Below are positions 1-12,200 of a stretch of DNA of 64,000 nucleotides, one piece after another. The position numbers and the translations under genes were made by a program. The notes under the pieces are model-generated. The model was not told the origin of the DNA. It did not search any database and saw only the letters and a program-made list of their open reading frames with translations. Source of the stretch: Rhizaria sp. SCN 62-66 (taxonomy: Eukaryota); contig MEDY01000101.1 in NCBI GenBank assembly GCA_001724265.1, forward strand, positions 1 through 64,000, given 5' to 3'. Position 1 is the stretch's first letter, and the number at the start of each line of letters is the position of its first letter.

Positions 1-288
1 GATCCAGTGCTCGGGCGCCAGACCCTTGCACAGCTGCGGCTTGTTGTTGTGCTTCAGCTGCATCATCAGGATGCACACCTCGCAGAAGTTCTGCACGCCG
101 CCGCCCGCCGCAGTCACGGAGGTCGACGTCGCGGTCGTGGCCGCGGCGGGAACCTCGGAGAGCTCGGTGGAGAGCTCCGCGAACACGGACTCCTCAGCAG
201 CGAGCGCGGCCTGGGGAGCGACGGCGGTGGACGCGGCGAAGACGGCCGCGATCACGAGCACGAGCAGAGCAACAACGTTGAAACGCAT
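1..288 (-). CDS. Secreted protein, 5' part only (runs off the window start); signal peptide and CxxC motif, possibly saposin-like
   Basis: Not in the ORF track. Reading from ATG at 288 gives MRFNVVALLVLVIAAVFAASTAVAPQAALAAEESVFAELSTELSEVPAAATTATSTSVTAAGGGVQNFCEVCILMMQLKHNNKPQLCKGLAPEHWI with no stop up to position 1. It has a basic residue plus hydrophobic N-terminus typical of a signal peptide and strong GC3 codon bias like neighbouring genes. Confidence 0.75.
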   Translation of the reverse strand, partial: MRFNVVALLVLVIAAVFAASTAVAPQAALAAEESVFAELSTELSEVPAAATTATSTSVTAAGGGVQNFCEVCILMMQLKHNNKPQLCKGLAPEHWI

Positions 289-952
289 GATGCCACACAC
301 TAACAAAATAACAATGACGCGATGATGAGATCATATGACGAGGAGAGCGGATAGGAGGAGGACAGAGAAGAGGAAATAAACGGAATGTGACGTGAGCTGG
401 GGATGGAGACAATGGATCGTTCGAGGAAAGGTGTCGTGGGCGTATTTAGAGCAGTAAGCGTATGTTGCAATGCCACATTGAAGCCTTGCAACGTGGATTC
501 ACCGGACAAGCTATTGAATTGCGGAAAAATGGCTCGACAGAGGCTGCAGTGAAGCTCTTGATTGAGAGAAGGGGGCCGTAAAGAGCGAGTTGGAAGCCAA
601 CTCAAGGATGTCCACCAAGGCCTCTACACTCAGCACTAGAATCTGCCGAGTAATGCTCAAACGCACAGCGGAGTTTTGAAGTATGAAAGCGATTCATATT
701 GCGAAGTGACAGTCTCATCGGGTCGTAAATTGACTTCAAAGTTGGAGTTGCCCCCTTGACCATTGGCTGGGACGGTCGCCCTGCCGGTTTTTTCGGTCCG
801 ACGACTCGAACGTCACCTGCAAAGATCAAATTCGGCGAGGATAACACTCGATATGCCTCTTTCATATTATCTAATTGCACTTGGTTAACAAACGTGTACT
901 ATTCTTACTTTCTCTCTTTCTACATTCGTATTGACGATCTATTCCCTCCAGG

Positions 953-1974
953 ATGGCGACTGAGCTGAACAAGGTACGGACTTGCTGTGATTACCCAACG
1001 GTTTGATCTTTTGAGCGTTGACTAGGTTAAATAAGCTATGTGTGGAGCTATGGCGTTGTTTAGCACACGATCTATGTGTGTATAAGTATATGATACTGCG
1101 CAGACACCTATAATGTTTAACCAAAAGGCTGCAGCAGGGCTGCTCAACACCCGCATACTCTCCACCACCATCAAAAGACAACGCATATGTGGGTCACGAG
1201 GCGCTATGTGCGCTGTATGTGACATGACAGCGCGCACATGACACGTTCAGGATGTTGCGACAGGTGCATCTTTGTTACAAGCATATTGATGTCTCCAAAC
1301 TATACGCCCTCTATTTCGCCATGACACTACATTCAGCTTAACATCATCACACCCAATGATCATGTCATCTCACCTCTTTGAAATCAACTTTAATGTCTAA
1401 TGTGCGATCACTTCAACAGGACGGCCTGCCGCGCGCGCACGCGAACCAGTCGAACATCGACAACCCGGTGGTGTTTTTTGACATCACGATGGGCGGCACC
1501 GCCTCGGGCCGCGTCGTGTTCGAGCTTTACGCCGACAAGTGCCCGCGCACGGCCGAGAACTTCCGCCAGCTCTGCACAGGCGAGCTGCTCAAGAACGGTA
1601 TCCCAGTCGGGTACAAGAACACGAGCTTCTTCCGCATTATCAAGGGCTTCATGGTGCAGGGCGGCGATGTGGAGAACAACAACGGCACTGGTCGCACCAG
1701 CATCTTCGGCCCCACGTTCCAGGACGAGAACTTCACGCTCAAGCACGCGGCGCCGTTCCTGCTCTCGATGGCCAACTCCGGTCCCGACACCAACGGGTCA
1801 CAGTTCTTCATTACGCTGGACAAGTGTGAGTGGCTCGACAACAAGCACGTCGTCTTCGGCTCCGTCATTGCGGGCCACGAGGTCGTGTCCAAGATGGGCA
1901 ACGTCAACACCAACGCCGCGCAAAACAACAGGCCCACGCTCGCCGTCGTTGTTGCTAACTGCGGTCAGCTCTAA
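953..1974 (+). CDS. PPIH: Cyclophilin-type peptidyl-prolyl isomerase, cyclophilin H (U4/U6 snRNP)-like
   Basis: Contains NPVVFFDI, PRTAENFRQLCTGE..KNGIPVGYK, FMVQGGD, DENFTLKH, LSMANSGPDTNGSQFFIT and CEWLDNKHVVFG. The KxGxPxGYK loop and KCxWLD resemble PPIH. Proposed structure: exon 953-973 (MATELNK), intron 974-1419 (GTACGG...CAG, phase 0), exon 1420-1974, giving 191 aa. An unspliced start at ATG 1393 is the alternative. Confidence 0.9.
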
Positions 1975-2367
1975 GCTGCGAGTGTGAAGCTTAGCAGTAA
2001 AATATTCCGTCAACGCGAATTTATGTTATCTAGTCAATATGAGCGCACTATCAAGCTGAATAAGGGTAACTTCAGTCGTTGCTGAACTGGGTGGGTTTTC
2101 CATGTTGCCATGCGCTGGTATGTAATTAGTCTTAGTCGTCTTAAATGTTTGTTCTGCATTAATATAGCCAACAAACAAATACAAAGCAATCCATTGTCCT
2201 CAAATGATAATACAAATTTCGACAGAAACGAAAAGAAAGGCTATATAACGCATATGTATTGACCAGAATAAGTTCGCATGAAAGATAATAGTCCCACAAT
2301 CATTAAGCTAACCGATATCATGAACTAAGGTAACGCTTGAGGATATCACAACTCACTGCCTGCTAGC

Positions 2368-4383
2368 TCACTCAATAGGCTTGCGGTACCCGCCCTGCAG
2401 CGTGGCCGCAGTGATACCGTCGCCGAGCTCAATACCGCGCGCACCCGCGTCAACGGCGGCGTCAACTGCAAGCTCGAACTCGTCCTCGGCCGCCGACGCA
2501 GCCACCGCGGCCGCCGCAGCCGCCGCTGCCTCTTTCTCTTCCTGCTCAGCACTCAGCTCAGCGGTCGCAGTAGAACTGGCAGCAGCGCCAGCGGCCTCGC
2601 TCGCAGCGGCTGCATCGGCGGCGGCCTTGGCGCGGGCGGCGGCGCGCTTGGCTTTGATAAGCGCCATGACGCTCTTGCCGCTTGACTTGCTCACGGTCAC
2701 GCTCGCGGCATCGCCATCGTCGCCGGCGGCAGCGCCAGCGCCAGAGCGGGCGGCGCGGGCGGCGGCGCGCTCCTGTTGGCGCTCGTGATAGTTGCTCCAC
2801 GCGCCGCCGTCGTTCGAGTAGAAGTCCATGGGGTAAACGCCGCCGGGCAGCCAGGGGGCGAGCTCCATGGCGACGTCGAACTCGTACGTCGACAGCAGCG
2901 GCGTCGAGAACGCCGAGCCCCAGTCGATGGACAGGCGCGGGCACGCGATCTGGACCCACGCGTCGGCCTGCGGCAGCGTGGCGAGCTTGCCGGGGAAGAT
3001 CTCGCTCAGCAGCACTGTCACGAAGGGCGTGCCGCGCTCCGTCAGCGTCGCCTCGATGCGCTGGAGCAGCGATGCCGAGCCCTGGCGGCCAAGCGTGCCC
3101 AGCACCACGCCCCAGCGCGTGGCGCGCTGCGCGGTGTCGATGGCGGCGCGGCGCGTGGCGTGCATGGTGGCGGTGTCGTAGCCCTCGGTGGAGAGGATCT
3201 TGGTGTAGGGGTCGTAGCGCAGGTAGCGTGGGATGTGCGGGTTATGGATCATGAGCGATTCCAGGTGGAAGCGCCCGTCCGCGATAAACACGCACACCTC
3301 GGGGGACGCCCACCACGACGGCGTCTTAGAGCTGTCGGCCCCGGTCACGGCAACTGCGGTGGCATTGGCTGCGGCGGAGACTGCGGCGGCCGCGGTGAGA
3401 GCGGCCGGACTGATGTCCATGGCGGTGTTTTCATCGGCATTAGCGCTCTTGCTACCGCAGCATGCAGAGCCCGAGGCAGAGCTCTCGGGGTTGCTAGAAC
3501 TACAGCAGGCGCTGTCATTAGTCTTTTTAGCGCCGCCACAGCAGCCACCAGTGCTCTCAGTCGCAGGCGCGGTCGTGCTCGCGCTTGCACCAGTCTGCGC
3601 GCCGGTCACGGTCACGGTGTCGCTGGAGCCGTAAACGCGCGGCAGGTGCGGCGAGGTGCAGCCCAGAACCTCACCCTGCGACAGCGGGCGCGTCTGTGGG
3701 ATGAGCACGTAAGGGAATGCCTCGGCCAGCGCAGCGCGCGCCGCGTGGAGGGCCGCGGTGAACTGAATAGTGCCAGCAAGCAGCAGCTTGGTGTCAGGCG
3801 CGAGATTGGCGCGCAGACAGGCGAGCAGGTGCGCAATGCTGAAACCGATGTCGACGAAGACGTACAGCGCGTTCATCTCGGAGACATCGACGGGCACGAG
3901 ACACGAGTGGCCGTAGTGGACCATGAAGTCGCAGCCGAGCGCGCGCGCAGTGTAATCATCAATACAGCACGCGCCGTAGGTAACGTCGCCCATAATAACC
4001 GTACGCACGCCGCCAAAGCGCTCGAGGATGTCACTGAGCGTGCATGCGTACATCAGCAGCCCCTCGGGCAACTGGAGCGCAACCTTCTTGGAGCCGCACA
4101 CACGGAGGCGCCACAGAGTCTTGTGGACCTCGAACGAGTAGTTGCTGGGGAGACGCTTGATGGCCTCGTTGAGCGCGGCGTTGTTGAGAATGTCGTCGGG
4201 GATCGACGGTAGAGCGATACGGCGGCGCGCGGCAGCTGCGGCGGCTGCGGACGGCTGCTGCGAAGCCGGGTCGGCCTGCGCGAGCACCACAGGCTCTGAC
4301 GACGACGATGAAGTCACGACAGAGTCGACATCGTCCACGGATGGGGCATGCGCCACCGGGGCAGAAGCTGTGGTGGTGCTCAT
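2368..4383 (-). CDS. DPH1: Diphthamide biosynthesis protein 1 (2-(3-amino-3-carboxypropyl)histidine synthase subunit 1)
   Basis: Contains LPSNYSFEVHKT, VALQLPEGLL, GDVTYGACCIDD, HYGHSCL, GEVLGCTSP, DGRFHLES, LGTLGRQG, QIACPRLSIDWG and YPMDFY. The three Fe-S-binding Cys motifs are present. Likely start is ATG 4383 (671 aa). It carries Ala/Ser-rich insertions. Confidence 0.95.
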   Translation of the reverse strand: MSTTTASAPVAHAPSVDDVDSVVTSSSSSEPVVLAQADPASQQPSAAAAAAARRRIALPSIPDDILNNAALNEAIKRLPSNYSFEVHKTLWRLRVCGSKKVALQLPEGLLMYACTLSDILERFGGVRTVIMGDVTYGACCIDDYTARALGCDFMVHYGHSCLVPVDVSEMNALYVFVDIGFSIAHLLACLRANLAPDTKLLLAGTIQFTAALHAARAALAEAFPYVLIPQTRPLSQGEVLGCTSPHLPRVYGSSDTVTVTGAQTGASASTTAPATESTGGCCGGAKKTNDSACCSSSNPESSASGSACCGSKSANADENTAMDISPAALTAAAAVSAAANATAVAVTGADSSKTPSWWASPEVCVFIADGRFHLESLMIHNPHIPRYLRYDPYTKILSTEGYDTATMHATRRAAIDTAQRATRWGVVLGTLGRQGSASLLQRIEATLTERGTPFVTVLLSEIFPGKLATLPQADAWVQIACPRLSIDWGSAFSTPLLSTYEFDVAMELAPWLPGGVYPMDFYSNDGGAWSNYHERQQERAAARAARSGAGAAAGDDGDAASVTVSKSSGKSVMALIKAKRAAARAKAAADAAAASEAAGAAASSTATAELSAEQEEKEAAAAAAAAVAASAAEDEFELAVDAAVDAGARGIELGDGITAATLQGGYRKPIE

Positions 4384-5394
4384 GCTGCCAAAAACCAAAC
4401 ATTGGGGATGCGGGTGTAGGACCGGAGGTGAGCAGCCGGTCAAGCCAGACAGCAGAGTTGGGAGTTTGCGGGTGTGGAGATGAGTACAGTGCGTTCGCAT
4501 GTCCGTAGATAGAGATAATAAAGAGTGTACAAAACGAGTTAAAAGACCGCGTGTAGTGCGCTATGATTATATATTTTTAGAAGCTTGGGAATAGTGTTAT
4601 CACCGGCTTTAGCGTGCTCGACGATGACAGTTGGTGGTCTGGCATAGTTCGCAAAAAAGGGCGAGACATAGGAGCTGGCGATTTCGCCCATGTTTGACTT
4701 CAAAATCTACCTAGGACTGCGTATCGGTGTCGTATACTTGTAAACACTCGTGAATATACGGTTCTTGTTGCACACATGTGTCTGCTTTAATTTTGAACTC
4801 GCGTAAAGTGTGTTGTAGCGCTATGTGATGAGTCCCCAGCGTCCTAGAAGAATCTTCAGGGTTGGACTACTCGCAGAGGGCCCTCCACTGGACAGGGTCG
4901 GTATCTGCATCTGCGCTACCTCGATAGCGGCCGCGATTGAAGTTGGTGACAGTTGTTATCTTAGTTGGTCCGCTTCATGAGTATCCCCCCTACAGCTGCT
5001 TCTTCCATGTCGTGCGCGTCTCGAATCGGGACTCGACCGAGTCGACTTTGCCGCGACGGGCCACACTGACGTCCCTGTCCACCTTCTCATTCGAGCCTAT
5101 CCCCTGCTGTTTCATGATCGTCAATTAAATTTCCCGCGTAATTCAGCGTAAAATGCAGTTTTCTGTATTGTGTGGCGAGTATAATCTTTATTAAAATTGC
5201 GTTTCTATACCGTATTCCTTCTTTTCATGTGGTCCCTAGCCAACTTCCAGTCCAATCCCTGTCACTCATCCATGCGGATGCGTAACTTGCCTTCAACCTC
5301 TCCTCTGTCACAGAATTCATTCTAGGTCTAGATTTTTCTTAGTTTTCCTAGTACAACCCCTCTCTAAGCAACGCTCGCAGTCGAAACCCCGGCG

Positions 5395-8300
5395 ATGCAG
5401 CCCCCCTACGGGCTGGGCCTCGGCTCAGCCGCGCCGCCCTCGCTGGCTGCCGAACCGCCGCCTTCACACGCGCCGCCTACCGCACCGCACGCCACGCTCC
5501 GCGGTCCAGCCGTGGGCCCCGTTTTGGCGCCCGCGTCTATGCTACCTGGCGCTTCCTTCCCGCTGCACCAGCACTTCGCGTCCTCGGCCTCGCACTCGGC
5601 ACCGCGCGCGCCGCTCGCCGCGCAGGCCGCCATTCCCGCATCGGTCTTGTGCGCCGCGCCGCTCGCGCGCGCCCCCTCGCACAGCCATCACCATCACCAT
5701 GCGCGGGAACAACACCCGTCAACCGCAACGGCGGCCGGGCTCTCTGGGGGCGACGGTGGCGGCGCCAGCGGCAACGGCGGCGCTGGTGAAGGTCAGTCGC
5801 ATTCGCACTCACAGTCGCAAACGTCACAGCAGACGCCGTGCTCGATCCACGCGCCGGCTCCAACGCCGCCCGCGTTTGACCCCGTGGTGTTTTTCCACCA
5901 CATGACGATGCTGGAGCGCTCGCTGGCCGTGCTGCTGGGCGTCGGCGTGCAGAAGGAGAACCCTGCGATGGCGCTCACGGTGCTCACGCTCATCATCAAG
6001 TCGCTGTCGGCGCCGGAGTTCCGCGCGCTACCCACCGCCGTCTCTGCCACCGAGGCCGACGCCGCCCTTGCACACGCCACGCTCGCTGCGAGCGGCAGCG
6101 GCAACGGCAACGGCAATAGCAATGGACCAATGAACAGTGCCTGTGCTGGCGTGCCGCCGCACTTGATGCCGCAGTGGCCCTCTGGGCCCAGCGCGCTGGC
6201 GACGCTCGCGGCCGCAGGCTCTGGCTCAGTGCCGATGACCGCTGCGTTCGCGACTGTGGCGACCTCGCTGGCCTCGCTGCCGGGCTCCATGGTCGACGCC
6301 GTCTCCGCCGCCGTCTTCGGCCAGAACAACGCAGGTAGCGGCAATGGCGGGCATGGCAGCGCGATGGCGGGGCCCGTGCTGGCGTCTCCCGTGGACTCCA
6401 CCAACGGTTCGGTTGCCAGCCCGCTCCTCGGGGGCTCGGGACCGGACTCGGTCTCTGGCTCCAGCTCTGCCTCTGCCTCTGCGTCTGGCTCTGGCTCTGG
6501 CTCTGGCTCTGGTGCGTGGTTCGGCCCCGCAGCCCAGTCGCCGTCGCATGCGCAGTATCCGTTCCCCACCGACTCGGCGCAGGCCACGCAGCATCAACAG
6601 CATCAACAACAGCTGCAAGGATATGCTGGCGCTGGCGCTGGTGTTTTCCCGACACCTATTTCATCCCCGTCGAGCGTGTTTTCACCGTTCGCCCCTTTGA
6701 CCGCGTCGTCGGCTTCTGTCGCAGCAGCGGGAGCGGGAGCAGCGCTGCCGGCGGCGAGTCCCAGTGGTGCGATCTCGTCTTCCATGTCGCGGTCGTCGAT
6801 GACCTCGCTCTCTGCCTCGCAATCCTCCTCCGGCGGCCCGAGCCCCTTCGCCCCGCTCGCGGTGCCGCCACGGCCCGCCGTACCCGGCGACGTCGTCGCG
6901 TCTCTGCAAGCCGCGTTGTCGGGCCCGCAGCCCGCCTCTGCGGCGCCGCACGCCGCGCTGCCCGGCGCCCCTCGCGGCGCGGCCCGCGTCCTCCGCGCCA
7001 TGTCTGCGCTGGGCTCGGCCCTGTCGGCCCCGCGCGCCGGCGTCCCTAGAGGCACCGGCTTCGCGCCGGGGCCCGGGGACGCGGTCGAGCGCGCATGGCT
7101 GCTCCAGGAGGCGCAGCTGCGGGCCGCGCGCAGGGTGACGCTAGGCACGTGTTCCGAGGCCTTCACGGAGGAGCTGCTACGGGTCATGCGCGCCGCGATC
7201 GGCATCAGCGCCGACAGCGCACTGACGCACGATTGCAGTGGCAGTGCGAGTGCTGTGTGCGGACTGGACTCTGGCGCTGGCGCTGGTCAGACCGACGGTC
7301 AGTCTCAGTCCCAGTGTAGCCCGCTGCCGGTGACTCCGGAGCAGGCCGCGATCCAGGCCGCTACACTGGCGCACTGCAACGCCACGTCGTCGACGCCCAC
7401 GGCGCTCTCGACCCACGTGTTGCCGGCCACACTGCCATTCCGCCTGCTGCTTTGGTGCGCGACCTTCTGGCTGGCCGTGGCCACGCGCCGCGTCTTCCTG
7501 CCCTACCGCGCGCACCTGCACGGCGCCGCAGCCGTCAAGGCCAGCGCGACCGCGGCCAACGGCGTCAGCGCGGGCGCCGGCACGGGCGGGCTTGTCACCA
7601 CGCAGTCGCGCACCGTGATCAATAGTAGCGGGGCGGGGGCCGGCGCGCTCGTCGGCGGGACGCCCCCCGCGGGCACCGCTACGCGCAGCAGCTTCAGCTC
7701 CGTCGCCGGCGCGCTCAGCGGCAGCGGCGCGGGAACCACCGGCGCGGTCGGCACGGGTCAGTCGCTCTCGACGGGCGGTCGGCGCCGGCGCCGCCTGAGC
7801 AACAACAACAACAGCTTCACCGGGGGCGCGGTGGGCGCGGGCATCGGGCTCGACAGCGGCAGCCCGGTCTGGGGCGACGCGACGGACTCGGCCAGCTCCA
7901 GCTCGCAGCCGCACGCCCCCGCCGCCGCCGCTGGCGCGCGGCTGCACGGCGGGCGGCTGGGCCAGTCGCAGCTCAACGGGGCGGGCACGGCGGCGGTCGA
8001 CGACGACTCGGACTCGAGCTCGGACAGCTCCGACTACGACTCGCTGCCCTCGCCGCCCAACGGGCTCGCCGGCCACGGCGGCGGCGGCGACGGGGCGCGG
8101 TTTGCGGACGCGCGCCGTCGCCGCCGGGCGATGCGCGCGCGCGACGCGCAGAACAGCGTGCTGCGCGCGACGCAGTTCCTGGACTCAGTGACCACGCTGC
8201 CGCTGCCGGCCGGCGCGGCGGGCGCCGGTGCGGGCATGGGCTCGGGGTCGCTGCGCAACAGCGCTAACAACAGCAACGGCTCCGGTGGGCTCAGGTTCCG

Positions 8301-9187
8301 TCCCCGCGGCGCCGTGACACCCCCCGGCGCCTCGCACAGCCACCTGATGCCGCCCGCTGTCGGCTCCTCGGTCACCGGCCGCCACGGGCTCTCACAGGCA
8401 CCGGCGCCGGGGCCGCTGCGGGCGGTGCTGGAGCCCATCTCGGTCGCCGACGCCACGCGCGCGCGCAACGCGCTGCAGGCCGCGATGGCCGCTGCGCCCG
8501 CGAGCCGCGTGCCGCAGCGCTTCCTGCAGACGATGTACGCGCTGTCGGACATGGCATCGCTCTTCCCGCCTCAGGCGCACCCCGTCGGCGCTGCCGCTGT
8601 CGCTGCGGCCGCTGCCGCGCTTGACGCGTGTCCCGTCGCGGGCGGCGCGCTCGGCCGCGGCGTCGCGGGCATGGTGCAATTGTTTCCACTGACGGCCGCG
8701 GAGGAGGCGCGCAGAGACTGGTACGTACTGATGTCGCAGCGAAACAGAAATGTGTCATGACATTTGTTTATATACGTTTGCTTTGCTCTAAAATTGTGTT
8801 GACTTGCTAAAATTCTCATCCGCGTCTACATCGTCAAATTCTCATCAAACATATGTTTCCTATCTTTCTTTTTTGCACGACCTCATCCCCAGGCTTACCG
8901 AGCTTGCCGCAGCCGACCCCCACCGCGCCATCACGGCCGCCGCCGCCGCCGCCGCCGCTGCGACGCCCGCGGGCCGGCGTCGCGCCGCGGCCGCGGCCGC
9001 CGCGGAGACTGAGGGGCTGGACCCGGTGACTTTAGCGTCCATGTGGCGCGAGATCCACTACGTGCACGACTGGGCCCAGCCCAACGCGCACCGCGGGCCC
9101 GTCGCCGCAGCGAGTACGAGCAGCGGTGCGCACATGGCCGCGCTGGGCTGCGTCGTCCCACGCCTCCCGCTGGCGCAGCACCCTCAT

Positions 9188-9224
<37 letters not shown>

Positions 9225-12200
9225 GCGGCGGTTATAACGGCTACAATGGCTACAATGCTAACGGTACTGGCTTCAGCGCCAACGGACTCGACTGGACCGC
9301 TGCAGCCACGAACTTTGCGGACCAGCCCAGCGCCAGTGGCGGCGGCGCGTCCTGGCCTTCCCTAGGCTCCGGCAGCTCGAGCCTCAATGGCACCAGTAAC
9401 GCGGCATGCGCTGACTGGGACGCCCTGCGCCCCGCGGCCTCGCCGGTGCCGCTGTGGACGCCCGCGGGCCTGCTGCCCCAGTCCACCGCCGCCGCCGAGT
9501 CCACCGTGTCGGCGGGCTCCGCGGCCGCCGCGGCGGCCGCCGCCGTGGCTGCGTACTGGCGCGGCAAGCACCCGAACGAGGCGGTGGGCGCCACGCTCCT
9601 CATCGCGCCCGGCGCGCACTCGCGGCGCGCCGAGTGGCGCGTGCGCGACGCGCTGTCGCTGCCGGTGCCCGCCGCGGGCTTCGCCGTGCCGCCCGTGGTG
9701 GACCCTGCGGCGTGGGCAGACGCGCCTGGCGGCGGCCGCGGCGTGCCCGGCGTTGGCGTCGACTCGGCGTCCATCGCGCTGCACAACCACGTCGTCGAGC
9801 GCTGCTACGCCGCCGCGGCCAACAGCAGCTATAACGCGACGAATCATCAACAACAGCAGCAACAGCAGCAGCAACAGTGCATGTCGTCGGCGTTGTCGTC
9901 CATCTCGTCCCCGTCGTCGCTGTCTTCGACGTCCGCGGCGCCCGCGCTGGGCTTCACGCCGCGCGTCTTCACCGACGCCGCCGCCTACAGCTCTATTATC
10001 CCCTCGCGCCTCGCGCTCACGCGCTCCTGCTTCTGCCCCTCGTGCGTGTTCCTCGGCCACGCCGTCGTGCCCCGCCTGTCGCTCTACTCCATCTCGCGCT
10101 TCGCGCTCGACGCCGGGCTTTGGCGCACTGCCGTAGAGGCCGCCATCGCGCGCTCAGACAAGCTGCTGCAGTGGTGTTGGACCACGGCGGGGCTCGCGCC
10201 CGCCACGGGTCCCGGCGACTGCGCCGGTGGCAAGGTCCTCTTCACCGCAACCGCGAACGCCAACAAGTCAGCACTCGGACAGTCGCCGCAGCAGCAGCAG
10301 CAGCTGCAGCAGCTGCAGCACGTGCAGATGCAGACGTACATGCAGAGCGCAGCTTTCGCGCAGCCGGCGTACCGGGTCTCCCCGCAGGCGTCTCCGGCCG
10401 CCGCGGCCGCCGTCGCCTCGGCCGTCGCCGCCACCGCGGCCGCCGCCACCGCGCCTCCCTCTGCTTTTGCGGAAGGCCACAGCACGCAGGACCGTCATAC
10501 GCGCGCGCTCGTGCACGCCGTGCTGACGCTGCCCGACGACGCGCTGCCCTCAGTGCGGCTCTCAGCGCCGGGCGCGGACCCCGCCGCCGTGCGCGTGTAC
10601 GCCGCGCGCGCGAAGCTGGTGGGCGCGTCGCTGCTGATGCTCGGCGTCGGCCGCATGGAGGTCCGTAGAGAGCGCTACCGCCGCGACGCCTTCGACGCTG
10701 CCAACGCGGCTGCCGCGGAGGCCGCCGCCTCCGCCGCCGCTGCCGCCGCTGCCGCCGCGGCACAGCGCGGGGGCGCCGCGATGTCGGCCCATGACAACGA
10801 TGATGGCGCCGCGGGGGCCTTAGCGGACTCGGACGCGGCGATCAACGTCGACGACGAGTGCGGCGGCGTGCACAGCGGTGACAACTCGGGACAGCCGTTG
10901 CGCGTGCGGCCACGCGCCGCCGCCGCCGCTGCCTCGAGCAGGGGCCCGCGGCCCAAGGCCAGCCCGCTCTTGGGCAGCGGCCGCACAAGCAGCAACGGCA
11001 GCATCGGCAGCGGCAAGGCCTCAGGCTCGGGCTCGGGCTCGACCCCACGCACCGGCCCCGCGGCCGCCGCCAAGGCCAAGGCCAAGGCGGCAGCCAAGAG
11101 CAAGGAGTCGCTGCGGCACGTGGACACGCAGCCTGGGCTGTTGTCGGTGTGGGCGCGCTCGCTGCGCACCGCGATGGGCTCGCGCGGCGTGCGCCGACTG
11201 CGCGACCTGACGCTGATGCACCGCACCGCGCTCGGCTACCTCTCTATCCTCCGCGCCTCAGGCACGGCGCACGCGCTGGTCGACTCGGCTGACGACGACG
11301 TGGTGCTGCACGCGCTCTCCGTCGCGGCGGCGCGCGCGGCCCCCGCCGGCACAGACTTGCTGCTGGGCTCACTCACCGCGCTACCTCCCTCGCAGTCGTC
11401 GCAGTCTGCCGGTGCGCAGCAGCAGAACAACGGCGCCGCAGCTGCGTTCGCGGCGCGGCTCGCGACGGCGCCGCACGGGCCCATGCCGTACCGCACCGTC
11501 ATCACCGCAGCCGTCACGCCGATGCTCTCAACGTCGTCATCAGCCTCCGCAACAAGCAACAGCAATCAGCACACAGACGCGAGTAGCAATGACGGCAGCA
11601 ACGGCCCGACGATGTCGCCCGTGGCCGCGGCGGCGACGTACACGCTGACGCTGCCGCCTTCGTGTGGGCTGACGGCGGAGGCGATGTCCAGCGCGGTTTG
11701 GGCCGTCGCGTCGGACGGCTCACTGCTGCTCTCGACAAACGCGCTGCCCGACCACCGGCTAACCAACGTGCTCGCTGAGTCCTTCTCCGCCAGCGCCGCG
11801 TCCGCCCACGCCGGCGCCGGCGCGGCGAGTCGCACTCGGCCGCGGTTCCCGATGCTCATCCCGTCGCCGGTGACGCTGCTGCCTGCGCCCGCCATGGCAA
11901 CCTTCCCGCCCACTGTGGCCATGGACAGTGACGACGACTTGGCGGCCATCACCACCGCGGGCGCGACGGGCGCTGTGGCCGGCACCGGGCTGGCGCTGGC
12001 CGTGACGCTCGCGCTCATTTCGCCGCCGCCGCCGCTGCCGGCCACGTGCGCGACGGGCCCCGGCGCCGTGGTGACGCCCACGGCCGTCGCGGCCGCCATC
12101 GCGCGCCACAGCTCGGCCGTGCTCACGGCGCGCCTGGCCGCCGACTGCCTCGTCTCGGGCACACTGCTCAACCTGCCGAGCATCCGGTCGACGTCGGCAT

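Noticed and set aside
602-880. 92-aa minus-strand ORF containing KEAYRVLSSP, reminiscent of the end of a J-domain (EAYEVLSDP)
   Set aside because: It has no HPD motif or upstream helices, no GC3 bias and a TTG start, and it lies within the divergent promoter region. Probably chance.
2776-4212. 478-aa plus-strand ORF opposite DPH1, and similar long antisense or off-frame ORFs (15530-17470, 17698-19293, 26913-28325, 34295-36043, 37398-39674, 44473-45468)
   Set aside because: These are shadow ORFs expected from very high GC3 in the real gene. They give Arg/Gly/Ala-rich translations with no motifs.
8721-8892. Apparent frameshift or two separate genes at the 8760/8804 boundary
   Set aside because: It is explained by an AT-rich GT-AG intron that restores the frame exactly.
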